64,000 nt of DNA, from positions 52,337 through 116,336 of the forward strand of contig JBBQSO010000004.1 of the NCBI GenBank assembly GCA_038213805.1, in the 5' to 3' direction. A program made the position numbers and the translations under genes. Shown in pieces: positions 9,359 through 18,504 of the stretch (position 1 is its first letter; each line of letters begins with the position of its first letter). Below the pieces are notes generated by a model. The model was not told the DNA's origin. It did not search any database and saw only the letters and a list, made by a program, of their open reading frames with translations. Source of the DNA: Planctomycetota bacterium. GTDB taxonomy: Bacteria; Planctomycetota; UBA11346.

Positions 9359-10696
9359 CTAAAGCTTGAAGCCGGCGCCGGTGGAATCCTTCAGGAACCC
9401 CTTCACCGTATCCAGCGACATCTCTCCCAGCCCGCGACCCACGCCGGAGAGCTTCTTGAGCACGTCATGCGGCACGGTGATGACCCCACACCTGGTCTCT
9501 TCCGCCTGGTAGATGTTGAGCAGTTCGCGCGTACTCGCCCACAGCAGCATGGCGCTCGGCACGTCCTCAAGGATGGCGGCGCAGGCGTGCATGTAGGGGA
9601 CCGGGTCGCGGCCGGTGTCGGCGATGCGGCCGGCGAAGACCGAGACCACCGAGGGCGCACCACCGCGCACGGCGTCGGCGGTCTCGACGACCTGCTTGAG
9701 GGTGAGCAGGGCGGTGACGTTGAGCTTCACGCCTTCCTTCGCCAGCTTGCGGATCAGCGGGATGCAGCTCTCGCCCTTGGTATTGGTGATCGGGATCTTG
9801 GTGTAGACGTTCTTGCCCCAGGTGGTGATCAGGCGCGCCTGGCGCTCCATGTCGACGAGGTCGTCCGAGAACACTTCGAAGGAGACCGGCTTGACCGTGA
9901 TCGAGGTCAGCAGGTCTTTGGCGAAGGCCGGGTAGTCCTTGATGCCGACCTTGGCCATCAGCGAGGGGTTGGTGGTGAAGCCCTTGATCACGGGATTCTT
10001 GTCGAGCTCGAGGATGCCCGCCTTGTCGGCGCCATCGGCCCAGATCTGGACCTTGAGCTGGGTGGGGTTGATGACGAGATCGCTCATGGGATGTCCTAGG
10101 GGATGGGGCTGGTCGATGGCGTGGTGGGAGAGGATATGCCGCACAGCTTCACCAAGGTCGGCCAGCTGCAAGGTCGGGGCCGCGGTGGCCGCCTCACCAT
10201 AGCCGGACCCCAGGAGGATGGTCCGGCAGCCGGCCCGGGCCCCGGCGAGGATGTCGGAGTGGCGGTCGCCAACCATCCAGCTGCGCGCCAGGTCGAGGCC
10301 GCGGCGGCGGGCCGCGTCCAGCAACATCCCGGGGTTGGGCTTGCGATCCGGGTGGTCGCCGTCCGCGTAGCATACCACCACCTCGTCCACCGGCAGACTG
10401 GCGGCGAGATGCGCATTGATCGCCTCGACGCGTTCGCGGGTCTGGGTGCCGCGCACCACGTCGGGCTGGTTGGTCACCACCACCAGTTCGAAGCCCGCGG
10501 CCTTGAGCCGACCCAGCTGCAGGGCGGTGCCGGCGGGGATCTCGACCGCGGCGACGTCGCAGGGCGGGTAGGGTCGGCCGCCGCGCAGGACTGCGCGGTT
10601 GAGCACGCCGTCGCGATCGAGGAAGACCGCGTGCCCACGGTGGCCCTGGCCAGCTCCCGCCTGCGGGCCGCCGGCCACTAGGGAACCGATTCCCAC
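9359..10696 (-). CDS. In-frame fusion of a HAD-IIIA sugar-bisphosphate phosphatase (GmhB/LmbK-like) and a transaldolase (LmbR-like; internal start at 10087)
   Basis: N-terminal part: FLDRDGVLN, VTNQPD, RKPNPGM, MVGDRHSD. C-terminal part: ADGAD, GFTTNPSL, SFEV, VYTKIP, SVFAGRIAD. No stop between them. Confidence 0.88.
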   Translation of the reverse strand: MGIGSLVAGGPQAGAGQGHRGHAVFLDRDGVLNRAVLRGGRPYPPCDVAAVEIPAGTALQLGRLKAAGFELVVVTNQPDVVRGTQTRERVEAINAHLAASLPVDEVVVCYADGDHPDRKPNPGMLLDAARRRGLDLARSWMVGDRHSDILAGARAGCRTILLGSGYGEAATAAPTLQLADLGEAVRHILSHHAIDQPHPLGHPMSDLVINPTQLKVQIWADGADKAGILELDKNPVIKGFTTNPSLMAKVGIKDYPAFAKDLLTSITVKPVSFEVFSDDLVDMERQARLITTWGKNVYTKIPITNTKGESCIPLIRKLAKEGVKLNVTALLTLKQVVETADAVRGGAPSVVSVFAGRIADTGRDPVPYMHACAAILEDVPSAMLLWASTRELLNIYQAEETRCGVITVPHDVLKKLSGVGRGLGEMSLDTVKGFLKDSTGAGFKL

Positions 10697-11274
10697 ATGG
10701 TGCGGCTGGCCTTGAGCGCCGGGTGCGACACCAACAGGTGCCAGATCACCCCTTGGAAGGCTTCGGCATGCGGGGTGATGTGCTCGGAGTTGAGGGTGGG
10801 GATGATGATCGCGGCGTCGGCGACGGTGGCGGTGAAGCCGCCGTCCCGGCCGACGATGCCAAGGATGGTGGCCTTGACCTCCCGGGCATGCTGCACTGCA
10901 GCGACCAGATTCGGACTGATGTTTCTCGCCACGTCTCCGCCGCCGACCGAGAGCACCAGGATGCCGTCCTGGGCGTTCAGCCGGCTGACCTTGAGCCAGC
11001 CGACGAACACCGAGGCCCAGCCGTCGTCGTTGGTGCGCGCAGTCAGCTCCGACACGTTGTCGGTGGGCGCATAGGCCTCGAGCCCGGCGATCTTGCGGAA
11101 GTCGTTGACCGCGTGCGAGGCGTTGCCGGCGCTGCCGCCCACGCCCAGGATGAACAGACGACCGCCGCGGGCACGGATCGCGGCGAGGAGCAACGCGGCG
11201 CGCTCGATCACCGCCACGTCGAGCGCGGCGATGATCTGGGTCGCCTCGGCGAGGAAACGCGCGGCGAAGGTCAT
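10678..11274 (-). CDS. SIS-domain phosphosugar isomerase (GmhA/LmbN-like)
   Basis: LGVGGSAGNASHAVND, ELTARTNDDGW, LSVGGG...SPNLV, GRDGG. Confidence 0.9.
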   Translation of the reverse strand: MTFAARFLAEATQIIAALDVAVIERAALLLAAIRARGGRLFILGVGGSAGNASHAVNDFRKIAGLEAYAPTDNVSELTARTNDDGWASVFVGWLKVSRLNAQDGILVLSVGGGDVARNISPNLVAAVQHAREVKATILGIVGRDGGFTATVADAAIIIPTLNSEHITPHAEAFQGVIWHLLVSHPALKASRTMWESVP

Positions 11275-12002
11275 GGGTGGCGTCCTGGTGTGCCGGGGGC
11301 AGTGGCGAGCATCCGGGTGAGGTCGGCGATGCCAGCGAAGGAGCCGATCTCGTGGAAGCGCTCGGCGACCTCGAAGCCGGCGAGGTCGTCCGCCGCCAGG
11401 CGCTCGCGGTAGAGTGTGGCGAGGTCGGCGGGCTGGCCTTCCGGCAGCGCCGCGAAGGCGCTGCGCCGGAAGAGCCCGAGTCCGTAATCGATGTGCTGCA
11501 TCACCGGTGTCTGGACCTGCTTGTCGTAGACGCGGATGCGGCCGGCGGCGAACTCGACATTGCTGCGGTCGTATTGGCCGTGGTTCCGGTAGACGGTCAT
11601 CAGTGCGGACTTTTCGCAGGTGCTGAAGGCATCCTGGACCGCGGCGTGGTCGCAGGTCAGGTAGGAATCGCCGTAGAGCGTGAAGAAGTTTTCGCCGAGC
11701 TGCGGCAGCGCGCTCCGGATGGCGCCGGCGGTGCCGAGCAGGGTCGGGCCATCGAAGACGAAGTCGACGTGGATGCCGAAGGCCGCGCCGTCGCCGACGA
11801 CGTCGCGGATCTGTTCACCGAGGAAGCCGGCGCAGATCACCACCCGGCGGACGCCCTGGCGGCGCAGCAACCGCAGCTGATGGGCGATGAAGGGCTCGCC
11901 GCCGATGTCGATCAGCGCCTTGGGGATCTTCTCGGTCACCGGCCGCAGCCGGGTGGCGAGGCCCCCGGCCAGGATGACCACCGGGAATAGCTCGCGGCTC
12001 AT
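11271..12002 (-). CDS. Sugar-1-phosphate nucleotidyltransferase (HddC/LmbO-like)
   Basis: ILAGGLATRLRPVTEKIPKAL, LGTAGA, LYGDSY, EIGS; ATGA overlaps with neighbours. Confidence 0.9.
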   Translation of the reverse strand: MSRELFPVVILAGGLATRLRPVTEKIPKALIDIGGEPFIAHQLRLLRRQGVRRVVICAGFLGEQIRDVVGDGAAFGIHVDFVFDGPTLLGTAGAIRSALPQLGENFFTLYGDSYLTCDHAAVQDAFSTCEKSALMTVYRNHGQYDRSNVEFAAGRIRVYDKQVQTPVMQHIDYGLGLFRRSAFAALPEGQPADLATLYRERLAADDLAGFEVAERFHEIGSFAGIADLTRMLATAPGTPGRHP

Positions 12003-12982
12003 GCGTGCACCAGCACCTTGGTGCCCTCGAAATCGAAGCGGAAGCGGACCTCGACCAAGCCGGCCTCGCGCATCGCCTTGCGCAGCGACGCCTTGTCTTC
12101 CGCGTAGAACATCAGGAAGCCGCCGCCGCCCGCGCCGATCAGCTTGCCGCCCAGGGCGCCGTGGGTGCGGGCGAGCGCGTACCAGTCGTCGATGCGGTCA
12201 TTCGACATCCTGCCGCTGCGCTGCTTCTTGGTCTCCCAGTGCACGTTCATCAGCTCGGCGAAGCGGTGCAGGTTGCCCTGCTCCAGCGCGGCTTTGCTGT
12301 CCAGGCCGAGTTGCTTCACGTTGTGCAGGTTTGCGGTCATCTCCGTATCGCCGTGCGCGCTCTTGTCGTCCTGCTCCTTGAGCACCGCCGAAGCGGAGCG
12401 CGAATAGCCGGTGAAGAACAGTAGCAGATTGTCCTCGAGCTGGTGCAGAGTGTCGGCGCCGACCGCCAGCGGTGCCGCCTCGACCGTGCCGTCCGGATGG
12501 AAGTGGAAGCAGGTCAGCCCACCGTAGGCAGCGATGTACTGGTCCTGTTTGCCGATCGGTTCCTTCAGCAGGTCCATCTCGATGTGGCAGGCCTGCTCGG
12601 CGAGGTCGCGCGGGTGGATGAAGTCCTTCTTCAGGCTGTGCAGGCCCTTGAGCAGCGCGGTGGTGAAGCTGCCCGACGATCCCAGCCCAGTGCCGGCGGG
12701 GATGTCCGCCATGCTCGAGATCTCAAGGTAGTGGCCGTTGATGCCGGTCAGACGCATCGCCTCGCGGATGATCGGGTGCTGCAGCTCGGCGGCAGACGCC
12801 ACGCGCTCCATCTTCGAGTACTTGACGATCAGGTCCGGGACGAAGGTCTGGTGGAAGGTGATGTAGACGTACTTGTCGATCGCGCCGGCGATCAGGAAGC
12901 CGCCGTGATCGCGGTAATACGACGGCAGGTCGGTGCCGCCGCCGCCAAGGGAGATGCGCAGTGGGCTGCGGGTGATGATCAT
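11999..12982 (-). CDS. GHMP-family sugar-phosphate 1-kinase (HddA/LmbP-like)
   Basis: PLRISLGGGGTDLP, PAGTGLGSSG, GKQDQY, GGKLIGAGGGGF. Confidence 0.92.
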   Translation of the reverse strand: MIITRSPLRISLGGGGTDLPSYYRDHGGFLIAGAIDKYVYITFHQTFVPDLIVKYSKMERVASAAELQHPIIREAMRLTGINGHYLEISSMADIPAGTGLGSSGSFTTALLKGLHSLKKDFIHPRDLAEQACHIEMDLLKEPIGKQDQYIAAYGGLTCFHFHPDGTVEAAPLAVGADTLHQLEDNLLLFFTGYSRSASAVLKEQDDKSAHGDTEMTANLHNVKQLGLDSKAALEQGNLHRFAELMNVHWETKKQRSGRMSNDRIDDWYALARTHGALGGKLIGAGGGGFLMFYAEDKASLRKAMREAGLVEVRFRFDFEGTKVLVHA

Positions 12983-13974
12983 CGCGAGAGCTCGTAGATG
13001 CGTGCGACGATGGTGAGGGCCGCCTGGGCGTCGCGCAGGCCAGGGCGGGGCTCGCGGCCGAGGCGGATGTCGTCGAGGAAGTCCGCGAACTCGAGCGCCC
13101 ACGAACGGTCGCCGCGCGGATATTCCCAGGCCTGGGTGTCGGGTGGCCCCATCTCGGGCAGCATGCGGTACCAGGTCAGGCGCTCGACGCCGTAGCTGCC
13201 GCCCAGGCCTGTGATGTCGAGCTTGCCGGTGCGGCCGTAGAGTTCGAACGAGAACAGGTTCTTCCACTCGCTGCAGCTGGCGTGCAGGGATGCGGTCTGG
13301 CCGCGCGCGGTGCGCAGCAGCAGGAAGGCATTGTCGTCGACGGGCATGTCCCAGTAGCAGGTCTGGGCGTGGCCCTGCACCGAGGTGAACTCCTCGCCGA
13401 GCAGCAGGCGCGCGAGGTCGATGAGATGCACGCCCTGGTCGATGAGTTCGCCGCCGCCGGACAGCGCGGGATCGGCGCGCCATTCCTTCTCGTAGCCGAG
13501 GCGGCCGCCGTGGCCATAGCGGGCGCGGCAGAACATCAGTTCGCCGAGCGCGCCGGCAGCGACGAGTTCCTGGGCCTTGAGCAGCGCCGGGTGGTAGCGG
13601 TGGTTGAAGCCCACGCGTACGCGCGCACCGGTGCGCGCGGCGGCCGCGATCACCGGGTCGAGTTCGGCGGCGCGGCGCGCGCCCGGTTTCTCGATCAGGA
13701 CGTGCAGCCCGCGCTCGGCGGCGGCGAGCGCGACCACCGGCAGCTGGTCATGGGTGGTCGAGACCAGGGCGATGCCGACCCCGGGCCGCGCGATGGCGGC
13801 GCGCCAGTCGGTGTGTGTGGTCGCGCCCGGTGCGGTAGCGGCCAGCGCGATGGCGCGCTCGACAACCGTGTCGGCGCAGGCGATCAGCTGGCCCGGCGCC
13901 AGCAGCTTCGCGCGCTTGGCGCCGATCATTCCACAGCCGACTATGGCGACGCCCAGGTGGTTCGGATCAGGCAT
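12979..13974 (-). CDS. Gfo/Idh/MocA-family oxidoreductase (LmbZ/CcbZ-like)
   Basis: IVGCGMIG, HVLIEKP, VGFNHRYHP, GGGELIDQGVHLID. Confidence 0.9.
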   Translation of the reverse strand: MPDPNHLGVAIVGCGMIGAKRAKLLAPGQLIACADTVVERAIALAATAPGATTHTDWRAAIARPGVGIALVSTTHDQLPVVALAAAERGLHVLIEKPGARRAAELDPVIAAAARTGARVRVGFNHRYHPALLKAQELVAAGALGELMFCRARYGHGGRLGYEKEWRADPALSGGGELIDQGVHLIDLARLLLGEEFTSVQGHAQTCYWDMPVDDNAFLLLRTARGQTASLHASCSEWKNLFSFELYGRTGKLDITGLGGSYGVERLTWYRMLPEMGPPDTQAWEYPRGDRSWALEFADFLDDIRLGREPRPGLRDAQAALTIVARIYELSR

Positions 13975-14842
13975 CCCAGTCCTTCCCACGGTCCTTGGCG
14001 ACGATGCGCCGCAAGGTGTAGATGTCGCTACCGGCCAATTCGCCGGCGCGCTCCGGCAGGCGCTGCCAGTGGTCCCACACCGCGCTCAGCAGGCGGCCGG
14101 TGATGCCGTCGCTGGCCGCGCTGGCGAGGAACTCGGCGAGCTCCGCGCCCTTCTCGGGCGGCGTGCCGCCGGCGGCCTGCTGCTTGCGGGCACGCTCGTG
14201 GAAGCCAGCGCTGACCTTGGCCGGGCCGGCGGCGAGCACCTCGTCGAGCATGCGGGTGTTGAGTGCGCCCGGGGCGATGGCGTTGACGTCGACGCGCGCC
14301 GCCTTGAGTTCCTCGGCGAGGGTCTCGGTGAGTCGCACCACCGCCGCCTTGGAGGCGGCATAGGCGCTGATGAAGGGCAGCGGCGCGGTCGCCCCGCCGC
14401 CCGAGAGGTTGATGATCTTGCCGTAGCCGGCGGTGCGCAGCAGCGGGATCGCCGCCTGGCACATCGACATCACGCCGAAGAGGTTGATGGCGACCGCTTC
14501 GCGCCAGGCCGCGCCGTCGACCTCCTCCAGCGCGCCCATCGGGCCGTAGACGCCGGCGTTGTTGACCAGCGCGGTGAGCCTGCCGAATTCGCGCTGCGCG
14601 CGCGCCACCGCGGCGCGGCACTGCGCATCGACGGCGACGTCGCAGGGCATCGCCACGACGCGCTGGCCGGGGGCGGTGGCACTCGCCGTGAGCCGCTGCG
14701 CGACCTCGTGCAGCAAGGCCTCGCCGCGCGCGACGATGAGCACGCTGGCGCCGGCCGCGACGAAGCGTTCGGCGATGGCGCGACCGAGGCCCTGGTTGGC
14801 GCCGGTGATGAGGGCGGTGCGTCCGCTGAGCGGCAGGTTCAT
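13967..14842 (-). CDS. Classical SDR oxidoreductase
   Basis: TGANQGLG, NNAG, YAASK, VNAIAPG. Confidence 0.92.
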   Translation of the reverse strand: MNLPLSGRTALITGANQGLGRAIAERFVAAGASVLIVARGEALLHEVAQRLTASATAPGQRVVAMPCDVAVDAQCRAAVARAQREFGRLTALVNNAGVYGPMGALEEVDGAAWREAVAINLFGVMSMCQAAIPLLRTAGYGKIINLSGGGATAPLPFISAYAASKAAVVRLTETLAEELKAARVDVNAIAPGALNTRMLDEVLAAGPAKVSAGFHERARKQQAAGGTPPEKGAELAEFLASAASDGITGRLLSAVWDHWQRLPERAGELAGSDIYTLRRIVAKDRGKDWDA

Positions 14843-16197
14843 GGTGCGGTGGCCGAGGCGGGATGGGCGGGCGGCTGGCCGGTGGCGGCAGGCCGTCCGG
14901 TGGCGACGTAGAGGATGCCCGGCGCGCTGGCCAGGCCGGCGGCGAGGAACCAGTTGGGATCGATGACGCGCGCGTGGCGCATGCCCGCGCTGAAGTCGCC
15001 GGCGGCGAGGCGCCGGAAGTCCGGCCACTCGGTCGCGACCACCGCGGCGTGCGCCCCGGCGAGCGCGCCGGCGGCGCTGGCGTGCAGGCGGATGACGCCG
15101 ACCAGTTCCGCGGGCAGAGCCGGCACCGCGGGATCGTGGGCCTGGACCGTGATACCGCGCGCGTGCATCCAGCGGCACAGCTCCACCGCCGCCGAGCGGC
15201 GCAGGGTGTCGGTGCCGGGCTTGTAGGTCAGGCCGAGGACCGCGACCACCGGGCGCTCCACCCCGGTGGTGAGCAGTGCGACCTTGTCGCGCAGCCAGGC
15301 CTTGTGCAGGTCGTTGCTGGCGAGCACGCCGTCGACCAGCGGGGTGCCCAGTCCATGGTCCCGACCAAAGGCCTGCAGGAAGCGCAGGTCGCGCGCCAGG
15401 GTGCCGCCGGCGAAGGCGCTGCCGGGCGACAGGTAGGCCTTCTCGCCGATGCGGCCTTCGCTCTTCAGGCCGCGTTCGACCTCGCGCGCATCCGCGCCAA
15501 CCGCCTCGCAGATGCGCGCGAGTTCATTGGCGAAGGTCACCGACAGGCCGAGGAAGGCGTTGATCGCGTGCTTGGTCATCTCCGCGGATTCGAGCGACAT
15601 CCACTCGATGCGCGTGCTGAACGGCGTCATCAGGTCCGCCAGGATCGGGCGCGCTGTTTCGTTGTCGGTGCCCAGCACGATGCGCTCCGGGGCATTGAAG
15701 CAGGCGATGGCCTTGCCCAGGCGCAGGTTCTCGGGCGAATAGGCGACCTGGAGGCCCAGTCCCGCCCAGTCCCGGGCCAGCGCGCGCGTGAAGCCGACGG
15801 GTACCTGCGAGGTGATCAGCACCACCGTGCCTGGGCGCAGGTGCGGGCGCAGTGTTTCGAGTCGGGCGCGCACGAAGGGCACGTCGGCCTCATCGCGCTC
15901 GTCGACCGGGGTGTCGCAGGCCACCACCAGCACGGCCGCCTTGGCGAGCGCGGCGGCGGGGTCCGTGGTGAAGGCGATGCGGCCCGCCGCGAGGCTGTCC
16001 GCCAGGCTCTGGTCCAGCCCGGGCTCGGCGATCGGCGCCCGGCCGGCGGCGAGATCCGCCACGGTCGCGCCCTCGGGATCGAGGCCGACCACCTGGTGGC
16101 CGGCGGCGGCGAGGCAGGCGGCGGTGACGCAGCCGAGGTGCCAGAGGCCGAAGACCGTGACCTGCCGGGGCATGGCGGCGACGGGTGCCGTGCTCAT
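14839..16197 (-). CDS. UDP-glucose/GDP-mannose dehydrogenase family protein lacking the catalytic Cys (LmbL-like)
   Basis: GLWHLG, EPGL, SPENLRLG, SAEMTKHAINAF, LGLTYKPGTDTLRRS; GGSC-x-PKD motif replaced by AGGTLARD. Confidence 0.88.
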   Translation of the reverse strand: MSTAPVAAMPRQVTVFGLWHLGCVTAACLAAAGHQVVGLDPEGATVADLAAGRAPIAEPGLDQSLADSLAAGRIAFTTDPAAALAKAAVLVVACDTPVDERDEADVPFVRARLETLRPHLRPGTVVLITSQVPVGFTRALARDWAGLGLQVAYSPENLRLGKAIACFNAPERIVLGTDNETARPILADLMTPFSTRIEWMSLESAEMTKHAINAFLGLSVTFANELARICEAVGADAREVERGLKSEGRIGEKAYLSPGSAFAGGTLARDLRFLQAFGRDHGLGTPLVDGVLASNDLHKAWLRDKVALLTTGVERPVVAVLGLTYKPGTDTLRRSAAVELCRWMHARGITVQAHDPAVPALPAELVGVIRLHASAAGALAGAHAAVVATEWPDFRRLAAGDFSAGMRHARVIDPNWFLAAGLASAPGILYVATGRPAATGQPPAHPASATAP

Positions 16198-16565
16198 GGC
16201 GCGGTTTCCGGACGGCCGAGCGCCATCAGCACCACGCCCACCGCGATCACCGCCATTCCTGCGATCAGCATGGGATTGAGGCGTTCGCCGAGCAGCAGTG
16301 TGCCGATCACGGCCGAGATGACGAAGTGCAGCGACATCGCGAAGGGCACCAGGAAGATCAGGCGTTCGCGCCCGACCAGCACGATGAGCACCAGGAAGGA
16401 CAGCCCGTACAGACCGACGCCGAGCCAGAAGAACGGCTCTGTAAGCAGTTCCCGGGCGCGGTCGAGTGACGCCGCCGGCGCGGCGCGCTTGAGGAAGTAC
16501 ATCCCGGTGTTGGCGAGCAGCGCCTGGACCACGACCAGGATGCCGGACAGCGCGAGCCCGCTCAT
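16194..16565 (-). CDS. Small 4-TM EamA/SMR-like membrane protein (ArnE/F-like candidate polyprenyl-P-sugar flippase)
   Basis: 123 aa with four hydrophobic helices and LLLGERL...AG...I..GV; coupled to both neighbours by 4-nt overlaps. Confidence 0.72.
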   Translation of the reverse strand: MSGLALSGILVVVQALLANTGMYFLKRAAPAASLDRARELLTEPFFWLGVGLYGLSFLVLIVLVGRERLIFLVPFAMSLHFVISAVIGTLLLGERLNPMLIAGMAVIAVGVVLMALGRPETAP

Positions 16566-17518
16566 GCGCGTGCCGCGAGAACCCAGTCCTCGCGCTGGAG
16601 GTAGGCGACGGTGCGCTCGACGGCCGCGCGGATGGTCAGCTTTGGCTGCCAGCCGAGCGCGCGGATGCGCGTGGTGTCGAGGAAGATGAAGGGGTTGTCG
16701 CCGATCCAGCCGCGGTCACCGCCGCAGTAGTCGAGACGGGGTTTCACGCCCAAGGCGTCGCAGATCCAACCAATCGAGTCGTTCACCTGGCAGTAGTGGT
16801 CGGTGCCGAGGTTGAAGAGGTTGACCTTGCCGTCGGCCTTGGCCATGGCGAAGAGCATCGCGTCGAGGCAGTCGCCGATGTAGAGGTAGCTTTTGCGCTG
16901 GCGGCCGTCACCCAGCACCGGCAGGCGCGTGGGGTCCTGCCCGAGCTTCTTCATGAAGTCGAAGATGTGGCCGTGGGTGTAGCGTTCGCCGAGGATCGAG
17001 ACGAAGCGGAAGATCCAGCTCTGGAAGCCGAAGCCCTCGCAGTAGGCGGCGATCAGGCCCTCGCCGGCGAGCTTCGAGGCGCCATAGAGCGACGTCTGCA
17101 CCGGGAACGGTCCGTCCTCGGGCGTGGGGATGACCGTGGCTTCGCCATAGACCGACCCGGTCGACGAGAAGGCGATCTTGCGCACCCCGCCCGCCCGCAT
17201 CGCCTCAAGCACGTTCCAGGTGGCGATGGTGTTCTGCTCGAGGTCGCGGCGCGGGTGGTCGGTGCCGAAGCGCACGTCGGCGTTGGCCGCGAGGTGCATG
17301 ACCGCGTCGCAGCCGGCGACCGCGGCGTCAAGGGCCGGGCGGTCAAGCAGATCCCCGCGCACCAGCCGGAATCGGGGATCGGCGAGCGCACCGGCGAGGA
17401 AGCGCTCCTGCCCGGTCGAGAAGTTGTCGTAGCCCACGACCTCGTGCCCGTCCGCCAGCAGGCGGTCGGTGAGCGAAGAGCCGATGAAGCCGGCCGCGCC
17501 GGTGATCAGGTAGCGCAT
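16562..17518 (-). CDS. NAD-dependent nucleotide-sugar epimerase/dehydratase (LmbM-like)
   Basis: ITGAAGFIG, HLAA, SSTGSVYG, YGASK. Confidence 0.92.
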   Translation of the reverse strand: MRYLITGAAGFIGSSLTDRLLADGHEVVGYDNFSTGQERFLAGALADPRFRLVRGDLLDRPALDAAVAGCDAVMHLAANADVRFGTDHPRRDLEQNTIATWNVLEAMRAGGVRKIAFSSTGSVYGEATVIPTPEDGPFPVQTSLYGASKLAGEGLIAAYCEGFGFQSWIFRFVSILGERYTHGHIFDFMKKLGQDPTRLPVLGDGRQRKSYLYIGDCLDAMLFAMAKADGKVNLFNLGTDHYCQVNDSIGWICDALGVKPRLDYCGGDRGWIGDNPFIFLDTTRIRALGWQPKLTIRAAVERTVAYLQREDWVLAARA

Positions 17519-18504
17519 GCGGCTTCCGGGGTGCGGGCGGCAGGCGCCAGGGGCGGGTGCTGGGGGAAGCCGAGGGCCTCTTCGACGATGAACAGCGGGC
17601 GCTGCTTGGTCTCGTCGTAGATGCGGCCGATGTACGCGCCAAGCACGCCCATGCCGATGAGCTGCATGCCGCCCATGAACAGCACCAGGATCATCAGGCT
17701 GGGCACGCCCGAGGCGAACTGCCAGTTCGTGCCGAGCTTCATGTAGGCGATCACCAGCGCGCTGACCATCGCCAGGGCGGCGCAGGCCAAGCCGACCTTG
17801 ATCATGAAGTTGAGCAGGTAATCGGAAAAACAGATAATGCCGTTGAAACCGATGCGCAGCGAACCGGTGATGCGGTTGTACTTGCCCTCGCCGCCGGCGC
17901 GCGCCTCGCGGTCGAAGGGCAGCAGCACGGTTTTGAAGCCGACCACCGCGACCAGCCCGCGCAAGAAGCCGTGGCCTTCCTTGAGCTTCTTCAGCTCGTC
18001 GACCACCGCGCGGTCCATCAGGCGGAAATCGCCGGTGTTGCGCGGGATGCGCACGTTGCTGATCTTGTTGATGAACCAGTAGCCGAGGTACGAGATCAAC
18101 CGCTTGAGCGGATGCTCGCCATCGCGCGAACGACGCTGCGGCACCACCACCTTCCAGCCGCTGCGCCACTGGCGCACCATCTCGCCGATCAGCGCCGGTG
18201 GATCCTGCAGGTCGCAGTCGATGATCACCACCGCAGCGCCCGCGGCGTGGTGGATGCCGCCCATGGTCGCCGCGGGCTGGCCGAAGCGCCTGGAGAACGC
18301 CAGCAGCTTGATGCGCGGGTCGGCGGCGTGCGCCTCGCCGATCAGCGCCAGGGTGCGGTCACGGCAGGGGTCGGCGCAGAAGATGATCTCGTAGTCCTCC
18401 GTCACCTCCGCCAGCGCGGCGCGCATCGCGGTCATGAACGTGGGCAGGGTCTGCTCCTCGTTGTATACCGGGACCACGATTGAGAGCAGGGGGATGGCGG
18501 TCAC
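17506..18504 (-). CDS. GT2 polyprenyl-phosphate glycosyltransferase (GtrB/ArnC/YkoT-like)
   Basis: VVPVYNEE, SRRFGQ, DCDLQDPP, TGDFRLMDR, FLRGL, two C-terminal TM helices and YIGRIYDETKQRP. Confidence 0.92.
   Translation of the reverse strand: MTAIPLLSIVVPVYNEEQTLPTFMTAMRAALAEVTEDYEIIFCADPCRDRTLALIGEAHAADPRIKLLAFSRRFGQPAATMGGIHHAAGAAVVIIDCDLQDPPALIGEMVRQWRSGWKVVVPQRRSRDGEHPLKRLISYLGYWFINKISNVRIPRNTGDFRLMDRAVVDELKKLKEGHGFLRGLVAVVGFKTVLLPFDREARAGGEGKYNRITGSLRIGFNGIICFSDYLLNFMIKVGLACAALAMVSALVIAYMKLGTNWQFASGVPSLMILVLFMGGMQLIGMGVLGAYIGRIYDETKQRPLFIVEEALGFPQHPPLAPAARTPEAACAT

Noticed and set aside
14863..16689. 608-aa plus-strand ORF (and similar ones at 52987-54678, 13604-14911, 56448-57731)
   Set aside because: Antisense shadows of clear operon genes.
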